Virus record (IMG/VR): IMGVR_UViG_3300018080_000118
Span: 71,947 to 135,946 of that record
DNA length: 64,000 bases
Strand: one strand, 5' to 3'
From: a virus
The notes under the pieces were generated by a model, which saw nothing but the letters and a program-made list of their open reading frames with translations, had not been told where the DNA came from and did no database searches. Shown one piece after another: positions 18,931-28,764 of this stretch (its first letter is position 1; every line of letters begins with the position of its first letter). Made by a program: the position numbers and the translations under genes.

Positions 18931-20290
18931 AGTACCTCCGCGCCGACTCGAACGGCGAGTAGCAGTAGTCCTCGAAGCGCAGATGCGCCCGGGCCGTCGT
19001 GCTCATCATGAACACGCCCAGCCAGAACCTGCACTCCATCTTGATGTCTTCACGGCTCAGGAAAGCCTTGACGTCACTGACCTTCTTGAAGGTACGCCCC
19101 AGTACGATGTACTTGGACTTCTTCTCCTCGAACAGTCCCAGGTCCTGGAGGACCGTGTAGACCTTCTCGGCGTCGTCGGTGTCGCCGGGATAGAAGGGGA
19201 TTCGGTTCATGCTCACAGAGTTGGTGTAGAGTCTGAAGGTCCCCTTGCCCCCGTCGGGCAGTCCGGCCTTGTTCTTCGACACGCCAAAGTGGGTATCGAT
19301 GAAAGCCGTGAATGGTAGATCGCCCTTTCCAGCGTTCTTCTTCGTGTAGGTGAACTGGATTCGCTGGTCCGCGAAGATCTTTGGACCGCCTCCGCCGGCC
19401 TCTATCTTGCGAGGACGCTTGGCAGAGATGTCCATGATGCGGTGGTTCGTCCAGATCACGGTAGGGTGGGTGCCCCACTGATTGGATGTCTCCAGTTGCG
19501 CGGCTGCGAGGCGTCGCAGACCGTCCCAGTTCATGCGGGCACGGTCAGCTACATTCCTCTGGCCTGCGGCCTTCCCCAACGCCTCGTCCGAGATCACTGA
19601 GTTCATGGAGTCGATGACCACAAAGTCCTTTGCCCCCGTCTCCAGCACGCGCTGGAGAAACGTGTAGAGGGCACCTCCTGCTCTGGGTCGCACAATGTGC
19701 AGGTTGGCCTTGCGCCCCTTCGGGACCAGGACCTTGAAGCCGCCTGTCTTCTGGGTCTTTTCCTCGAACCCTGTGCCCAGGCGGCAGCCCCAGATGTCCA
19801 TCCAGATGGGGTCGCAGGAGCGTTCGATGTCTGCGATGACACCGGTCATGAGTCTGTTCTTTCCGCAGCGGCAGGTCTCTACGACTTCCCCGGTCTCCTC
19901 GTCTACCCACTCGACGGAGAGGGTGTTGCAGAGGCGGCAGGTTCGCAGAAGCGATCCGGCCATGATATAGGAGAGCGTACTCTTGCCCTGCGACTGGTCT
20001 CCGTTGAGCTCGATGCAGCTTCCGATGGTGGGGCAGAATAGAAGGTCCACTTCGACCAAGCCCGTGAAGATCCGTGGATACCTCTGCACCTCCATCTGAG
20101 CCGCGTCACTGGTGAAGCTTTGGAACTCCTCCTCGGCCAACACTTCTTCGAAGCTCAGCCGGGCTTTCTTCTTTGCGGCAATGTCGTCGCGCTCTTTCAG
20201 TGGTGTATCGCAGACGGCTTTCTTCTTGCCCTTGCTTTTCTTAGCCGCCTTCTTCGCGGGCTTCTTCTTGGTGGCTTTCTTCTTCGCCAT
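18755..20290 (-). CDS. recA: RecA-like recombinase with Cys-rich insertion
   Basis: Walker A GDQSQGKST, IADIERS, Walker B VVIDS, VIWTNH, EAGGGGPKIFAD, VSKNK. Confidence 0.85.
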   Translation of the reverse strand: MAKKKATKKKPAKKAAKKSKGKKKAVCDTPLKERDDIAAKKKARLSFEEVLAEEEFQSFTSDAAQMEVQRYPRIFTGLVEVDLLFCPTIGSCIELNGDQSQGKSTLSYIMAGSLLRTCRLCNTLSVEWVDEETGEVVETCRCGKNRLMTGVIADIERSCDPIWMDIWGCRLGTGFEEKTQKTGGFKVLVPKGRKANLHIVRPRAGGALYTFLQRVLETGAKDFVVIDSMNSVISDEALGKAAGQRNVADRARMNWDGLRRLAAAQLETSNQWGTHPTVIWTNHRIMDISAKRPRKIEAGGGGPKIFADQRIQFTYTKKNAGKGDLPFTAFIDTHFGVSKNKAGLPDGGKGTFRLYTNSVSMNRIPFYPGDTDDAEKVYTVLQDLGLFEEKKSKYIVLGRTFKKVSDVKAFLSREDIKMECRFWLGVFMMSTTARAHLRFEDYCYSPFESARRYYEQTFEEVEKKVPGLCLGVALGDEPENYRAIEEARRQSARKEAEEEAASLTDDLLEEE

Positions 20291-20677
20291 TTATTCCTTC
20301 CCCTTGGGCTTCTTTGCGCCCCAGATTTTGTCGACGCCCACGCGCTCCAGTACATCGTTCTGGAACCGCTGGATGGTGTGGAGGATCTTTGCGTTGAACG
20401 GCTCCAACACCTTGTCGAAGCTGTCCAGGATCTGCTGCTGTGCGGCAGGATCCGCGATCGGCATCTTGATGAAGATGCTCGTCTGCAACGACGTGTAGTC
20501 CCCGAACACGCCGGCCATGGTGATCGAGTTGCCGAAGGTCACTTCCCCCTCAGCGTCTTCGATTTCAGCGAGGTCTTCGTGCAGTTCGGCGATGGTGCTT
20601 TTGCTACCGTCGCGTTCCTTTTTGACGGCCTTTCCGGTCAAGCTTGCTTTGGAGCCCCGCTTCGATCTGCGTGCCAT
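20291..20677 (-). CDS. Hypothetical protein
   Basis: Abuts recA; basic N-terminus. Confidence 0.65.
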   Translation of the reverse strand: MARRSKRGSKASLTGKAVKKERDGSKSTIAELHEDLAEIEDAEGEVTFGNSITMAGVFGDYTSLQTSIFIKMPIADPAAQQQILDSFDKVLEPFNAKILHTIQRFQNDVLERVGVDKIWGAKKPKGKE

Positions 20678-22166
20678 AGTTGTGTCTCCGATAGAAGCCC
20701 AGACACCCTTTCATCCGGGCTATGTGTGTTGGGAATGGGATGATGGGATGCACGGCCACAGGTTTCATCTTGCCGCGCATAGAGCGCTCTATCCTGCCCA
20801 CGGCCTGCTCCACCGTGTGCTTGCCCACCGGACCAGCGTAGAGCGCTCCGTCTTTTCGCTGGACGTCTAGCCCCTTACCGGCCTTACCAAAGGTGGTGAG
20901 GGTCACAGGCTTCTGCAGAGCCAGGGCGTTCTTGCGCCGGGCTTCTGCGTTGGTGGCGTTGCCGAGGTACAGCCCCGACACGTCACCATGAATCAGCGTG
21001 AGCATCAGGTGCAGGTGTGTCAGGTGATCTCGTCGTCGAGAGAATACAAAGATGTCTCGACCCGCTTTCAGGAAGGTGCCGATCGTCTCGACGATCCAGG
21101 ATGTATACGTGGGGTCGTCGCAGAGCATTCGCTCTACGGCAGCCTCGTTATAGTCGTGGAATTTGTAGAGGCTTGCACAGTGGTCCTTGAGCACGTGCGG
21201 CGATGAGGTACCGAGGCTCTTTGCCGTGTCGCACTTCTGGCACTCGTACCGGCACGTCATCTTCTCATGGAAGCGGCACCAGACGCACTTGAACCAGGTG
21301 TGCTTGTCGTTGGGCGTCGGGTCTGACCACTTCAGGAAGTCCGTGTTCACTCCGTAGAAGAGAGCCCGGGCCTTCTCGGTCTTCCCCTTCATCTCAACGA
21401 CCTTGGTGCCGAGCATCTGCTGGAACACCCACTCATGACCATCTCGGCGTTCGCTGGTAGCCGATAGCGCAAGGCTCCAGTTGAAGTTGATGTTGAAGAT
21501 CGTCTGGGAAAAGCATGGCGCGGAGAAGACGTGGGCCTCGTCGACAACGACCATGCCCACCTTCAGCGGGCGCTGGTGTGCCATATAGGTCTGCGCCATG
21601 CAGATGATCACGTCTCCACGCATGTCGAAGCGCTGAATACCTCCCAGCATAGACACTTGGCCGAACTTCCGATGGAGCGCCTTTTGGCTGTCCAGCGGCA
21701 TGATGAATGAGATCTTGGCGTCGGGCAGGTGTGTCTTGATCCTCTCACACCACTGCTCGGCCAAGTTGTCCTGGTCTACGAGGACTAGCGCCTTCTGCGG
21801 CTGCAGCGCCGACATGATGTAGAGCGCGGCCACGGTCTTTCCCGAACCAGGTCGAGCGTTCAGGAAAACCCCGAGTTGCTTGCGGAGCACCGAGATGGCC
21901 TTCTTCACGCCTGTCTGTTGCTCGGGCCACAACGCGCCCTTGAAGCGAGGGAACGATAGGTCATGTTTGGACAGTTGCTTGTTCTTGGCGCTCAGCAGTA
22001 GGTCTGTCCCGTGAAAGTAGCGCGGAACCAGGACGCCCTCTGGTGTCTCACGGTAGACGTAAAACTCAGAAGTCTTCCCGTTATAGTCCACGCTCTCTGC
22101 CTTCAGCCGGTGCTCAACCGACCGGAATTCTTCGTGGCGCAGTAGTAACGGTCCTTGCCTGATCAT
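20604..22166 (-). CDS. Superfamily 2 (DEAH) helicase
   Basis: ARPGSGKT, VVVDEAH, LSATSER, GKGLDV, EQAVGRIER. Confidence 0.9.
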   Translation of the reverse strand: MIRQGPLLLRHEEFRSVEHRLKAESVDYNGKTSEFYVYRETPEGVLVPRYFHGTDLLLSAKNKQLSKHDLSFPRFKGALWPEQQTGVKKAISVLRKQLGVFLNARPGSGKTVAALYIMSALQPQKALVLVDQDNLAEQWCERIKTHLPDAKISFIMPLDSQKALHRKFGQVSMLGGIQRFDMRGDVIICMAQTYMAHQRPLKVGMVVVDEAHVFSAPCFSQTIFNINFNWSLALSATSERRDGHEWVFQQMLGTKVVEMKGKTEKARALFYGVNTDFLKWSDPTPNDKHTWFKCVWCRFHEKMTCRYECQKCDTAKSLGTSSPHVLKDHCASLYKFHDYNEAAVERMLCDDPTYTSWIVETIGTFLKAGRDIFVFSRRRDHLTHLHLMLTLIHGDVSGLYLGNATNAEARRKNALALQKPVTLTTFGKAGKGLDVQRKDGALYAGPVGKHTVEQAVGRIERSMRGKMKPVAVHPIIPFPTHIARMKGCLGFYRRHNYGTQIEAGLQSKLDRKGRQKGTRR

Positions 22167-22209
22167 GGTTCTACTTTTACCCCATGCGTATAAAGAAAGC
22201 AAGAAAAAT

Positions 22210-22962
22210 TTATTTGTCCACACGTCGGGGGGTGTGAACTTCTAACGCTTTCCTTATGACAGGAAATAGCGTTGTCCTGGTCTCACCGCACAGTTTCTCC
22301 AGCTGGTTCAGCATCCACACATCGATGTCTGGGAATCGCGCCAGGTTTACGCGAACTCCTGGCCTGCATGCCGGCGAGAGCGCCCGGTACGTTCGGCATG
22401 ACCAAGGCCTTACCGGGTAGATTAGACAGTTGCCTGTAGGTCCCAGCGCCGGGCAGAAGCCGCCGCATTCTGCGTAGGCAACTCCGATAGACGGGGTGGC
22501 CATAACGGGGATCGGCTCCTCAGTCACGCCCATTGCCAGAAGGCAGCTCTCCATTGTGGTCGTTGTCCTAGCGAGGCTTTCCCGGAGTAGGCGCTGGGTC
22601 TCTCGATCGATGGTCTTTGCCCAGTGCTCTATTGCCAGCACTTCCAGCTTAGAGGTGACAATGGTGAGTCGACGACAGCAGTTGTTGCACCCCTCATCGC
22701 CTGCGCAAAGGGTAAAGCCTTGTTTCTTTAGATTTGCCCGCCCCTTCTTCAGCAAGTTCATGCCTAGCCGGATGAGCTTCCTGAAGGCGACGTGCTGCTT
22801 GCGGTCCTTGGTCAGGAGCATCTTCTTTACAGACTGACGAAACTCCTTGGCCTGCTTCTTCGTGAGAACGCCTTCGAACATGGCCGCTGAGTAGATGGTA
22901 TCCGGCAGATAGGCTACGATCTCTTCGGCGCTCTTTTTTCTTTCTTCCGCAAAGTAATCCAT
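22210..22962 (-). CDS. YkgJ/FliB-like CxxxCxxCC metal-binding protein
   Basis: CAGDEGCNNCC...CPALGPTGNCLIYPVRPWSCRTY. Confidence 0.8.
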   Translation of the reverse strand: MDYFAEERKKSAEEIVAYLPDTIYSAAMFEGVLTKKQAKEFRQSVKKMLLTKDRKQHVAFRKLIRLGMNLLKKGRANLKKQGFTLCAGDEGCNNCCRRLTIVTSKLEVLAIEHWAKTIDRETQRLLRESLARTTTTMESCLLAMGVTEEPIPVMATPSIGVAYAECGGFCPALGPTGNCLIYPVRPWSCRTYRALSPACRPGVRVNLARFPDIDVWMLNQLEKLCGETRTTLFPVIRKALEVHTPRRVDK

Positions 22963-23207
22963 GTCTGCACCGCCATTATGGCCACAATGACCTCCGCCTG
23001 TGTGGCACCACCAAACTTATCCCCTAGAACTTTCAGACACCCCAGAGCTGTGCGTCGAAGCGGCGAGTACGGCAGCCCTGCTGACGCCTGCACCACCGCT
23101 TCGACGAGCTCTTCGGGATGCTCGAAGATGAACTCAGCTACCGAGGCCCGGAGGCTTCCAGAGCTTGACGGTTCCTTTCTTGACGAGGTCGGCTTGTTCG
23201 TTTCCAT
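22914..23207 (-). CDS. Hypothetical protein
   Basis: Fills the gap between neighbours; start uncertain. Confidence 0.45.
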   Translation of the reverse strand: METNKPTSSRKEPSSSGSLRASVAEFIFEHPEELVEAVVQASAGLPYSPLRRTALGCLKVLGDKFGGATQAEVIVAIMAVQTWITLRKKEKRAPKRS

Positions 23208-23535
23208 CGTCGAGCACCTTCTGCAGAGGGATGACCACATGGTTCACTTCTTCTGGGATACCCAGCAGCCGCCGTGCCGTGTCAATAGGCTTAGGCGCTC
23301 TGTTGTTCACGAGGATGCCTTTGGGGAGCATCCAGGCCTGCGGAATGAGAGCCACGTAGCAGCCCCAGTCTCGGCTTGTGATGAGTTTCTCAGACCACAT
23401 CACGCTGCAGGCGTTGCAGAGGAAAGGTTGCTGGTCCTTCGGTAGCTCTACGTCGCCTCCTGGATCTACCATGGCGGCGGCGATGTCGTCGCTCTGGCAT
23501 GACGGACACCTGTCCGGATAGTTGAAAACGATCAT
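23134..23535 (-). CDS. Hypothetical zinc-ribbon protein
   Basis: AAGGAGG SD; CPSC...CNAC. Confidence 0.65.
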   Translation of the reverse strand: MIVFNYPDRCPSCQSDDIAAAMVDPGGDVELPKDQQPFLCNACSVMWSEKLITSRDWGCYVALIPQAWMLPKGILVNNRAPKPIDTARRLLGIPEEVNHVVIPLQKVLDDGNEQADLVKKGTVKLWKPPGLGS

Positions 23536-23544
23536 GGTCCCTCC

Positions 23545-24036
23545 TTATAGAGACGCTGCTTCTTCGATAATATCCTCCATGACGCGGCGGTCGGTACGCT
23601 TCAGGATCATCTTAATCCCTTTGAATCGGGCCTTCAGATGTCTCCACGTTACCGCTACATTTGCATGGATTCCATCGAAGAAGAATTCTGTGTCATCCAT
23701 GCCATGGCTGGTGTTTGGCTCGTGCTTGGCCCCCATGAGAGCGAAGTGCCGCACAAAGGCGGCAACGGCTTTCTCCGGGGTAGCGTACACGGTGCCCTGT
23801 GGTTCGCTTCCGACGCCTCCGTCAGAAGGTGAGGCATTCTCAGCGGTGATGCCTCGCATCCCGTAGACGATGCAGCGGTTGATGTCGCGGAACTTTCCAG
23901 GCATGAAGGAAATATCATCTCCGATATGCAGGATACCCCAGTCGTATCCCCGCTTGGAGACACGAATGATGCCCCCGGACGCTACGTGCGCCGAGGCGAC
24001 CATTTTGAAGAGTTGCTCTTCTAGTTGATCGTGCAT
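23545..24036 (-). CDS. Hypothetical protein
   Basis: ORF in the operon; start uncertain. Confidence 0.55.
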   Translation of the reverse strand: MHDQLEEQLFKMVASAHVASGGIIRVSKRGYDWGILHIGDDISFMPGKFRDINRCIVYGMRGITAENASPSDGGVGSEPQGTVYATPEKAVAAFVRHFALMGAKHEPNTSHGMDDTEFFFDGIHANVAVTWRHLKARFKGIKMILKRTDRRVMEDIIEEAASL

Positions 24037-24542
24037 GTCTCGACCCTCGAACCGTAGACAAGTGTCTCGTAGAGTGGGTGTTCCGAGCATATCATGCTCG
24101 CCGGCTCATCGTCCTCGTACTCCCGCACCTGCGCCACGGTGGTCTTCACCTTGTGTTTCTCGAAGTGCGAGTCTACAGCGTTGATCGCTTGACGCTCGTC
24201 GGAAAAGGCGAGCACCCTGACGTCGCTCTCGTGCTGGAGGATGGCGATGTGTACCTGCAGTCCACGAAGGACATGAGCCTCCATCAGGACGTCGCCTTTC
24301 AGGCCAGCGTGGATGGCGAGCTCCTTGTACCGTTTCTTGGCGTGGTCCTGCACGTTCTCCACAGTGCGCGGAGACATGCGGGGATCTCTGGTGGCGCTCT
24401 TCACGATCTTGCCGAACAGGTCCTCGTAGTCCGGGAGTCTCGGCGAGGTGCCGTGCGCCTTCGATGACTGGATCTGCTGTTTCACGTCAGCGACGGCGTC
24501 GTCGATCTCCTTGCGATAGATGTCCTCTTCACTCAAAGGCAT
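24021..24542 (-). CDS. Hypothetical protein
   Basis: Overlaps polA stop; typical codon usage. Confidence 0.65.
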   Translation of the reverse strand: MPLSEEDIYRKEIDDAVADVKQQIQSSKAHGTSPRLPDYEDLFGKIVKSATRDPRMSPRTVENVQDHAKKRYKELAIHAGLKGDVLMEAHVLRGLQVHIAILQHESDVRVLAFSDERQAINAVDSHFEKHKVKTTVAQVREYEDDEPASMICSEHPLYETLVYGSRVETCTIN

Positions 24543-25662
24543 GTTTGCGTTCCTCCATATATTCCTCTAGGGGGATGATCCTCTTCGCCCTTTGCGGGGT
24601 GAAGGTGGGTAAGTCCGATGACAGGAAGGTCTGCGCCCAGGATTTTTGTTGAGAAGACAGCATGGCAACGGCGCTCTTCTTGACGATGCGGTCTTGCTCC
24701 TCCAGCTTGAGATACTCCTCCCAGTCTGTCGGCTTGAAGAGGCGCGGCTCAGCTGCCGCAGCAAGCTCGTCCAGGCTCTTCTTCTCCGTGACCGTTGGGT
24801 CTTTCACCTTGGCGAAGAAGGTGCCTACCTCGGGCACTGTATCGTCGTCCTTCTGCTTCCAGGTCTTGCAGATCTTGGCGCTGGCCAGGAGCGGCACGTC
24901 CATCACGAAGAAGGGATATTCCATGATGAACTTGACCATCACAGCACACTGCTGGGCGGTCTCTTCGGGAGCCTCGAAGACGTACTCGTCGTGCACCTGG
25001 ATGACAGGCCGGAGTCCCGCGAAATCAGGCTGGTTGAAGATGAACTCCATGAAGGCCCACATCTGTACTTTCATGATGTCAGCGGCGCTTCCCTGGATCT
25101 TGCTGTTGTAGATCTTTCCGGCAGCGACCCTCTCGTAATTATCGAAGTGTCTAAGCCTGCCGCAGACCGTAGAGAATACGCGGGTGCCCTCCCACCAAGA
25201 GCGTCGCAGCTCCTCGTGATAATCGAACACCCCCGCGTAAGTTCGATGAAAGGCGTTGACGTATCTTTCCGCCGCCGCCACATCGTAGATCTTGGTGCCC
25301 GGCTTGTACAGCCGGGCATACCTCGCGAAGTTCTCAGCACGCATGCCGTACATGAGGCCGAAGTTCAAGTTCTTCGCGAGCTTCCTCGGGACGCCCATCC
25401 TTCTGGATGTCTCGGAGTGAGGATCACCCGTGTAGAAGGTGTATCCTTCGAAGTCCTCATGCTCTCTGTACACACCGAGCAGCGTTGGGTCGTGCGTGAT
25501 GTGCGCCCCCAGGCGCAGTTCAAGCTGTGACAAGTCACACACGATGAGTACGTATCCCTCAGGAGCCTCGAAGACGTCCCGAATCTCTGGGCCGAGTTTC
25601 TGGATACGATCGTCGTACTCGCTGGCCTTGTTACGTGAAGGGATATTCTGGAGTTGTGCCAT
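24529..25662 (-). CDS. polA: Family A DNA polymerase, C-terminal (palm/fingers) part
   Basis: QLQNIP, motif A CDLSQLELRLGAH, motif B RKLAKNLNFGLMYG, IQGSAADIMK, motif C QVHDEYVFE. Confidence 0.92.
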   Translation of the reverse strand: MAQLQNIPSRNKASEYDDRIQKLGPEIRDVFEAPEGYVLIVCDLSQLELRLGAHITHDPTLLGVYREHEDFEGYTFYTGDPHSETSRRMGVPRKLAKNLNFGLMYGMRAENFARYARLYKPGTKIYDVAAAERYVNAFHRTYAGVFDYHEELRRSWWEGTRVFSTVCGRLRHFDNYERVAAGKIYNSKIQGSAADIMKVQMWAFMEFIFNQPDFAGLRPVIQVHDEYVFEAPEETAQQCAVMVKFIMEYPFFVMDVPLLASAKICKTWKQKDDDTVPEVGTFFAKVKDPTVTEKKSLDELAAAAEPRLFKPTDWEEYLKLEEQDRIVKKSAVAMLSSQQKSWAQTFLSSDLPTFTPQRAKRIIPLEEYMEERKHAFE

Positions 25663-25981
25663 TGTTTCCACCAGGACGGGGGTTGCGGGCCTGTTTGTCT
25701 CGGCGTAATTTCCTCGCCAGGATCAGCCCCTTGAGAACTTCTATGCCCTCAAGCATAGAGCAGTTATTTTCCTTCATAATTTGGTCTAGGGCGATCTTCG
25801 CTGCCTCGATGACCAGCGTGAATCGAAGCTCGCCCGCGCCTCCGAACCATGGGGATATCTCCGTGACAGGAGAGTTAGGCTCCTTCTTCGAGCAGAGGAT
25901 AGCAAAGGAGGTTAAATGGCCTCCGTAGTTTTGGTGTATCTCTCGGATCACTTGGCCAAGCTCTATCTGCACTTCATCCAT
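25631..25981 (-). CDS. Unknown 116-aa ORF inserted between the two polA halves
   Basis: AGGAG SD from motif copy 3; visibly more AT-rich than the flanking pol sequence. Confidence 0.6.
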   Translation of the reverse strand: MDEVQIELGQVIREIHQNYGGHLTSFAILCSKKEPNSPVTEISPWFGGAGELRFTLVIEAAKIALDQIMKENNCSMLEGIEVLKGLILARKLRRDKQARNPRPGGNNGTTPEYPFT

Positions 25982-26001
25982 GATCACTCCTAGAGTTGTC
26001 A
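25981..26001 (-). repeat. 21-bp quasi-palindromic motif, copy 3
   Basis: TGACAACTCTAGGAGTGATCA, 4 nt after the stop of the polA N-terminal part. Confidence 0.85.
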
Positions 26002-26005
26002 GGAC

Positions 26006-27382
26006 CTATCCAGTAGAGCTCGACCAGCGCCCTGTCCTGGTTCCTGTCGAGTTGAAGGTTACGTGCACCTTGGACTTTTTGTTTGGGTCGTTCCTCACCT
26101 GCTCCAACAGGCCGATGATAAAGTTCTTGTAGATGATCTGCACAGAACGATAGTCGAGGATCGCCTGTGCAATGGGATGCTCGATGCGCTGCAGCACCTC
26201 TGTCTTGGTTGAGTAGGCCCATGGCTCGTGGGCGATGCCCGCGACCTTGCTGCGCTTCGTACCCTCCGGCGGTGTCACTCCGAGATCACGATAGATCACC
26301 TCGGGGAGATCCTTGTTGGACCGTACGTTGAACTCGCGCTTTGCTATGGCGTGGATGTTGGCTTCGAACTCTTCTAGCAGCGGCTCACTACGTTCTCTCA
26401 GACCGTCGAGCTTGCCCTCGTTCACGTAAGCCCCGTGCGCCGTCATCTGCAGGGAGCCCAGATGGTTCGACTCCTCGATCATCAACCATGTCCGCAGCTT
26501 GGCCTTGTCGATCCAGCGCATCAGTTTGAGGTAGAGCCTCCAGCACTGAATCGCATCGTCCAGAGCGTACTTCTTGAAGAGCTGGTACGCCAGATGGTCG
26601 TTCTCTTGCATCTTGAGTTCGAGGACTATCGTCTTTTTTTGTACGATGTCGTGAAGCTCCTCTAGCACGGCATCGAGCTCGCCCTTTACTTTTTCGGCAT
26701 AGTCGCGCTTCATCTGGTTGAACTCTTTGCGCGGTGTGAGCCCCTTCATGTCGGGCCACAGCTCATCGAGCTCTTTCTTCCCTGCGCGTGTGCGCTCTCG
26801 GGCTTCCTTCTTCAGGAGACGTTCCTTCTCACGAGCTTCCTTGTGCAGCCCCTTTATCTGTTCGCTGAGAACAAGATTGGCCTGGTAGAACTCGGAGTCC
26901 ACAGTGGCCTCCCTAAAGGAGACCATGCGGTGCTTGAAGTGAAGCATGGCCTGACCTTTCAGGCCGAGGTCATCCTCCTCGTTGTACATCCAGGCAAGGA
27001 GCCGCGTATCGGCTATGCGTGCCTGGACCTCGCGGATATCGATACACCCGCTCCAGTGAGCAACGAGGAGATCGTAGTTGTGGTAATGGGCTACGGCTGC
27101 AAGATCTGACTGCTTGAGCAGACCGCGCAGGAAGGCCGAAGTGGTTTTGTTCCACTCCAACACGAGGGCCTTAAAGGGACGATGCTTTCCTGTGGCTAGA
27201 GAGAGCAGGACCGGCCGAGCAACCATGGCGTTAGTTGTCGGCCGGTCCCGTTCATCAACACACTCGAAGTCGAAGGCAAAGCCTCCTACTTGCTTGGCCA
27301 CGTTCCAGAATCGGCGGAGTTGCTCAGTCGTCCCAGGGGTTCCCCTCTTCTTCGCTCTCTTCGCCTTCTTCCTCTTCTTCAT
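26006..27382 (-). CDS. polA: Family A DNA polymerase, N-terminal (3'-5' exonuclease/thumb) part
   Basis: ExoI FAFDFEC, ExoII HYHNYDL, ExoIII YALDDA, FNVRSNKDL; ends HVTFNSTGTRTGRWSSSTG-stop. Confidence 0.9.
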   Translation of the reverse strand: MKKRKKAKRAKKRGTPGTTEQLRRFWNVAKQVGGFAFDFECVDERDRPTTNAMVARPVLLSLATGKHRPFKALVLEWNKTTSAFLRGLLKQSDLAAVAHYHNYDLLVAHWSGCIDIREVQARIADTRLLAWMYNEEDDLGLKGQAMLHFKHRMVSFREATVDSEFYQANLVLSEQIKGLHKEAREKERLLKKEARERTRAGKKELDELWPDMKGLTPRKEFNQMKRDYAEKVKGELDAVLEELHDIVQKKTIVLELKMQENDHLAYQLFKKYALDDAIQCWRLYLKLMRWIDKAKLRTWLMIEESNHLGSLQMTAHGAYVNEGKLDGLRERSEPLLEEFEANIHAIAKREFNVRSNKDLPEVIYRDLGVTPPEGTKRSKVAGIAHEPWAYSTKTEVLQRIEHPIAQAILDYRSVQIIYKNFIIGLLEQVRNDPNKKSKVHVTFNSTGTRTGRWSSSTG

Positions 27383-28748
27383 CCTGGCTTTCCCAGTATT
27401 CGACGATGGCCTTGATGGTGGCCTTTCGTTTCACCTTGCCCTTCTTGTCGCGCACAGGTTCTACGCCCAGCTCCTGCGCTTCCGCCACCAGGGCCTGAAT
27501 GGGGGTCTCTTCCTTGTCGAGAAGGCGAGCCTGGAGATCCTCGATGGTCTCCTCCTCTTCATCTTCGCCTTCCTCAGCTTCCTCAGCTTCCTCTTCCTCT
27601 TCGGCTTCCTCGGCTTCCTCGACGCCCGCTTCTTCGTCCTCGTCCTCGTCGTCGATCTTGTCGCCGAGATCAGTGAGGCCAGGAGTGGGGGTCTCTGTGG
27701 GGCCGGAGAAGTTGCCTTCCAGGGAGATCATGCCGAGACCACGGCTAGCCGGTGCGTCGTCTTCGTCGTCTTCGTCGTCGGCTGCTGCTGTGTCGTCGAG
27801 CTTGAGGCCAAGCTCCTTCGCCACGTGGGCGTCGAAGCCTTTCCCCGGGTCGTGCTTGAGGTACATGCTCACGTGCCGCTGCATGATGGCCGTGACGAGC
27901 TCCTCGTGACGCTTGGCCGGGAAGACGTTGTCTGCTGCTCCGTCCAGGACGGGGTAGCAGCGATCGATGTCCACGGGATAGTAGATCGTGTCGATCTGGT
28001 CCTGCTCTACGGTCTTGTCGAGCTGGGCAACCCAGTTGGTGCCAACTCGGGAGGCGTTCTGCTCCATGCCGCGCTGAACCTTGAAGACGGTGCCGATGAC
28101 CGGCAGGCCACGAAGATGGCGCTCCTTGAGCCCGTCGCTGACAGCGCGCTGGGTAGAGTCACTGTCGAGCACGAGGAGCCGGGGCGGTTGGTGGTAGGTG
28201 ATGCCCCTCTTGTCGACCATGGGCTCGTTCTGTGGCCGCAGGTCGATGACGCCGCCCACCTGAATGATGGACCACCTGTCGCCGAGAAGCGCGCACATCG
28301 GACACTTCACTCCCGTTGACAGGACCTTCGGGGCTTTGGTGTCCGGGTCGAACCCGTACTTGAGCCCCAGGCACCGGACCTTCTCGCGACGATAGAACTT
28401 GCCGCCGCGCTTGCTGGTGCCACGACCGATAGCCACGGTGTGGACGACGATGGGGAGCGGAAGCTGGGCGATCACGCACAGCCCGCTTTCTCCGTTCTTG
28501 AGCGCCCACGAGTAGGTCTTGGGCTTCGTGCCATCGTCGTAGGGTTTGGTGGGCGAGCGCTCAGCCCAGATGGGACCCCACACCTCGGGGCCGCGCTGCT
28601 GCGACTCGGCCGAGTCCTTGGCGGCACCCGTTACGAGCTGCAGCTCCATAGGAAGACTGGAGATGTCTTCCTCCTTGGTGAGCTCTGCCTGGATGTCTGC
28701 AAGAGAGCTACCAGCGCTCTTCTTGCCCTTACCTTTCTTCTTTGCCAT
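27324..28748 (-). CDS. Putative single-stranded DNA-binding protein
   Basis: H...C...CPMC metal ligands, beta-rich core and long acidic tail; lies between primase and polymerase. Confidence 0.5.
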   Translation of the reverse strand: MAKKKGKGKKSAGSSLADIQAELTKEEDISSLPMELQLVTGAAKDSAESQQRGPEVWGPIWAERSPTKPYDDGTKPKTYSWALKNGESGLCVIAQLPLPIVVHTVAIGRGTSKRGGKFYRREKVRCLGLKYGFDPDTKAPKVLSTGVKCPMCALLGDRWSIIQVGGVIDLRPQNEPMVDKRGITYHQPPRLLVLDSDSTQRAVSDGLKERHLRGLPVIGTVFKVQRGMEQNASRVGTNWVAQLDKTVEQDQIDTIYYPVDIDRCYPVLDGAADNVFPAKRHEELVTAIMQRHVSMYLKHDPGKGFDAHVAKELGLKLDDTAAADDEDDEDDAPASRGLGMISLEGNFSGPTETPTPGLTDLGDKIDDEDEDEEAGVEEAEEAEEEEEAEEAEEGEDEEEETIEDLQARLLDKEETPIQALVAEAQELGVEPVRDKKGKVKRKATIKAIVEYWESQDEEEEEGEESEEEGNPWDD

Positions 28749-28764
28749 GTACGTTTCCTCCGCT

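Noticed and set aside
25631-26005. Group I intron or intein in polA
   Set aside because: In-frame stop, insert almost entirely occupied by an ORF, and no recognisable catalytic core, intein termini or HNH/GIY-YIG/LAGLIDADG motifs.
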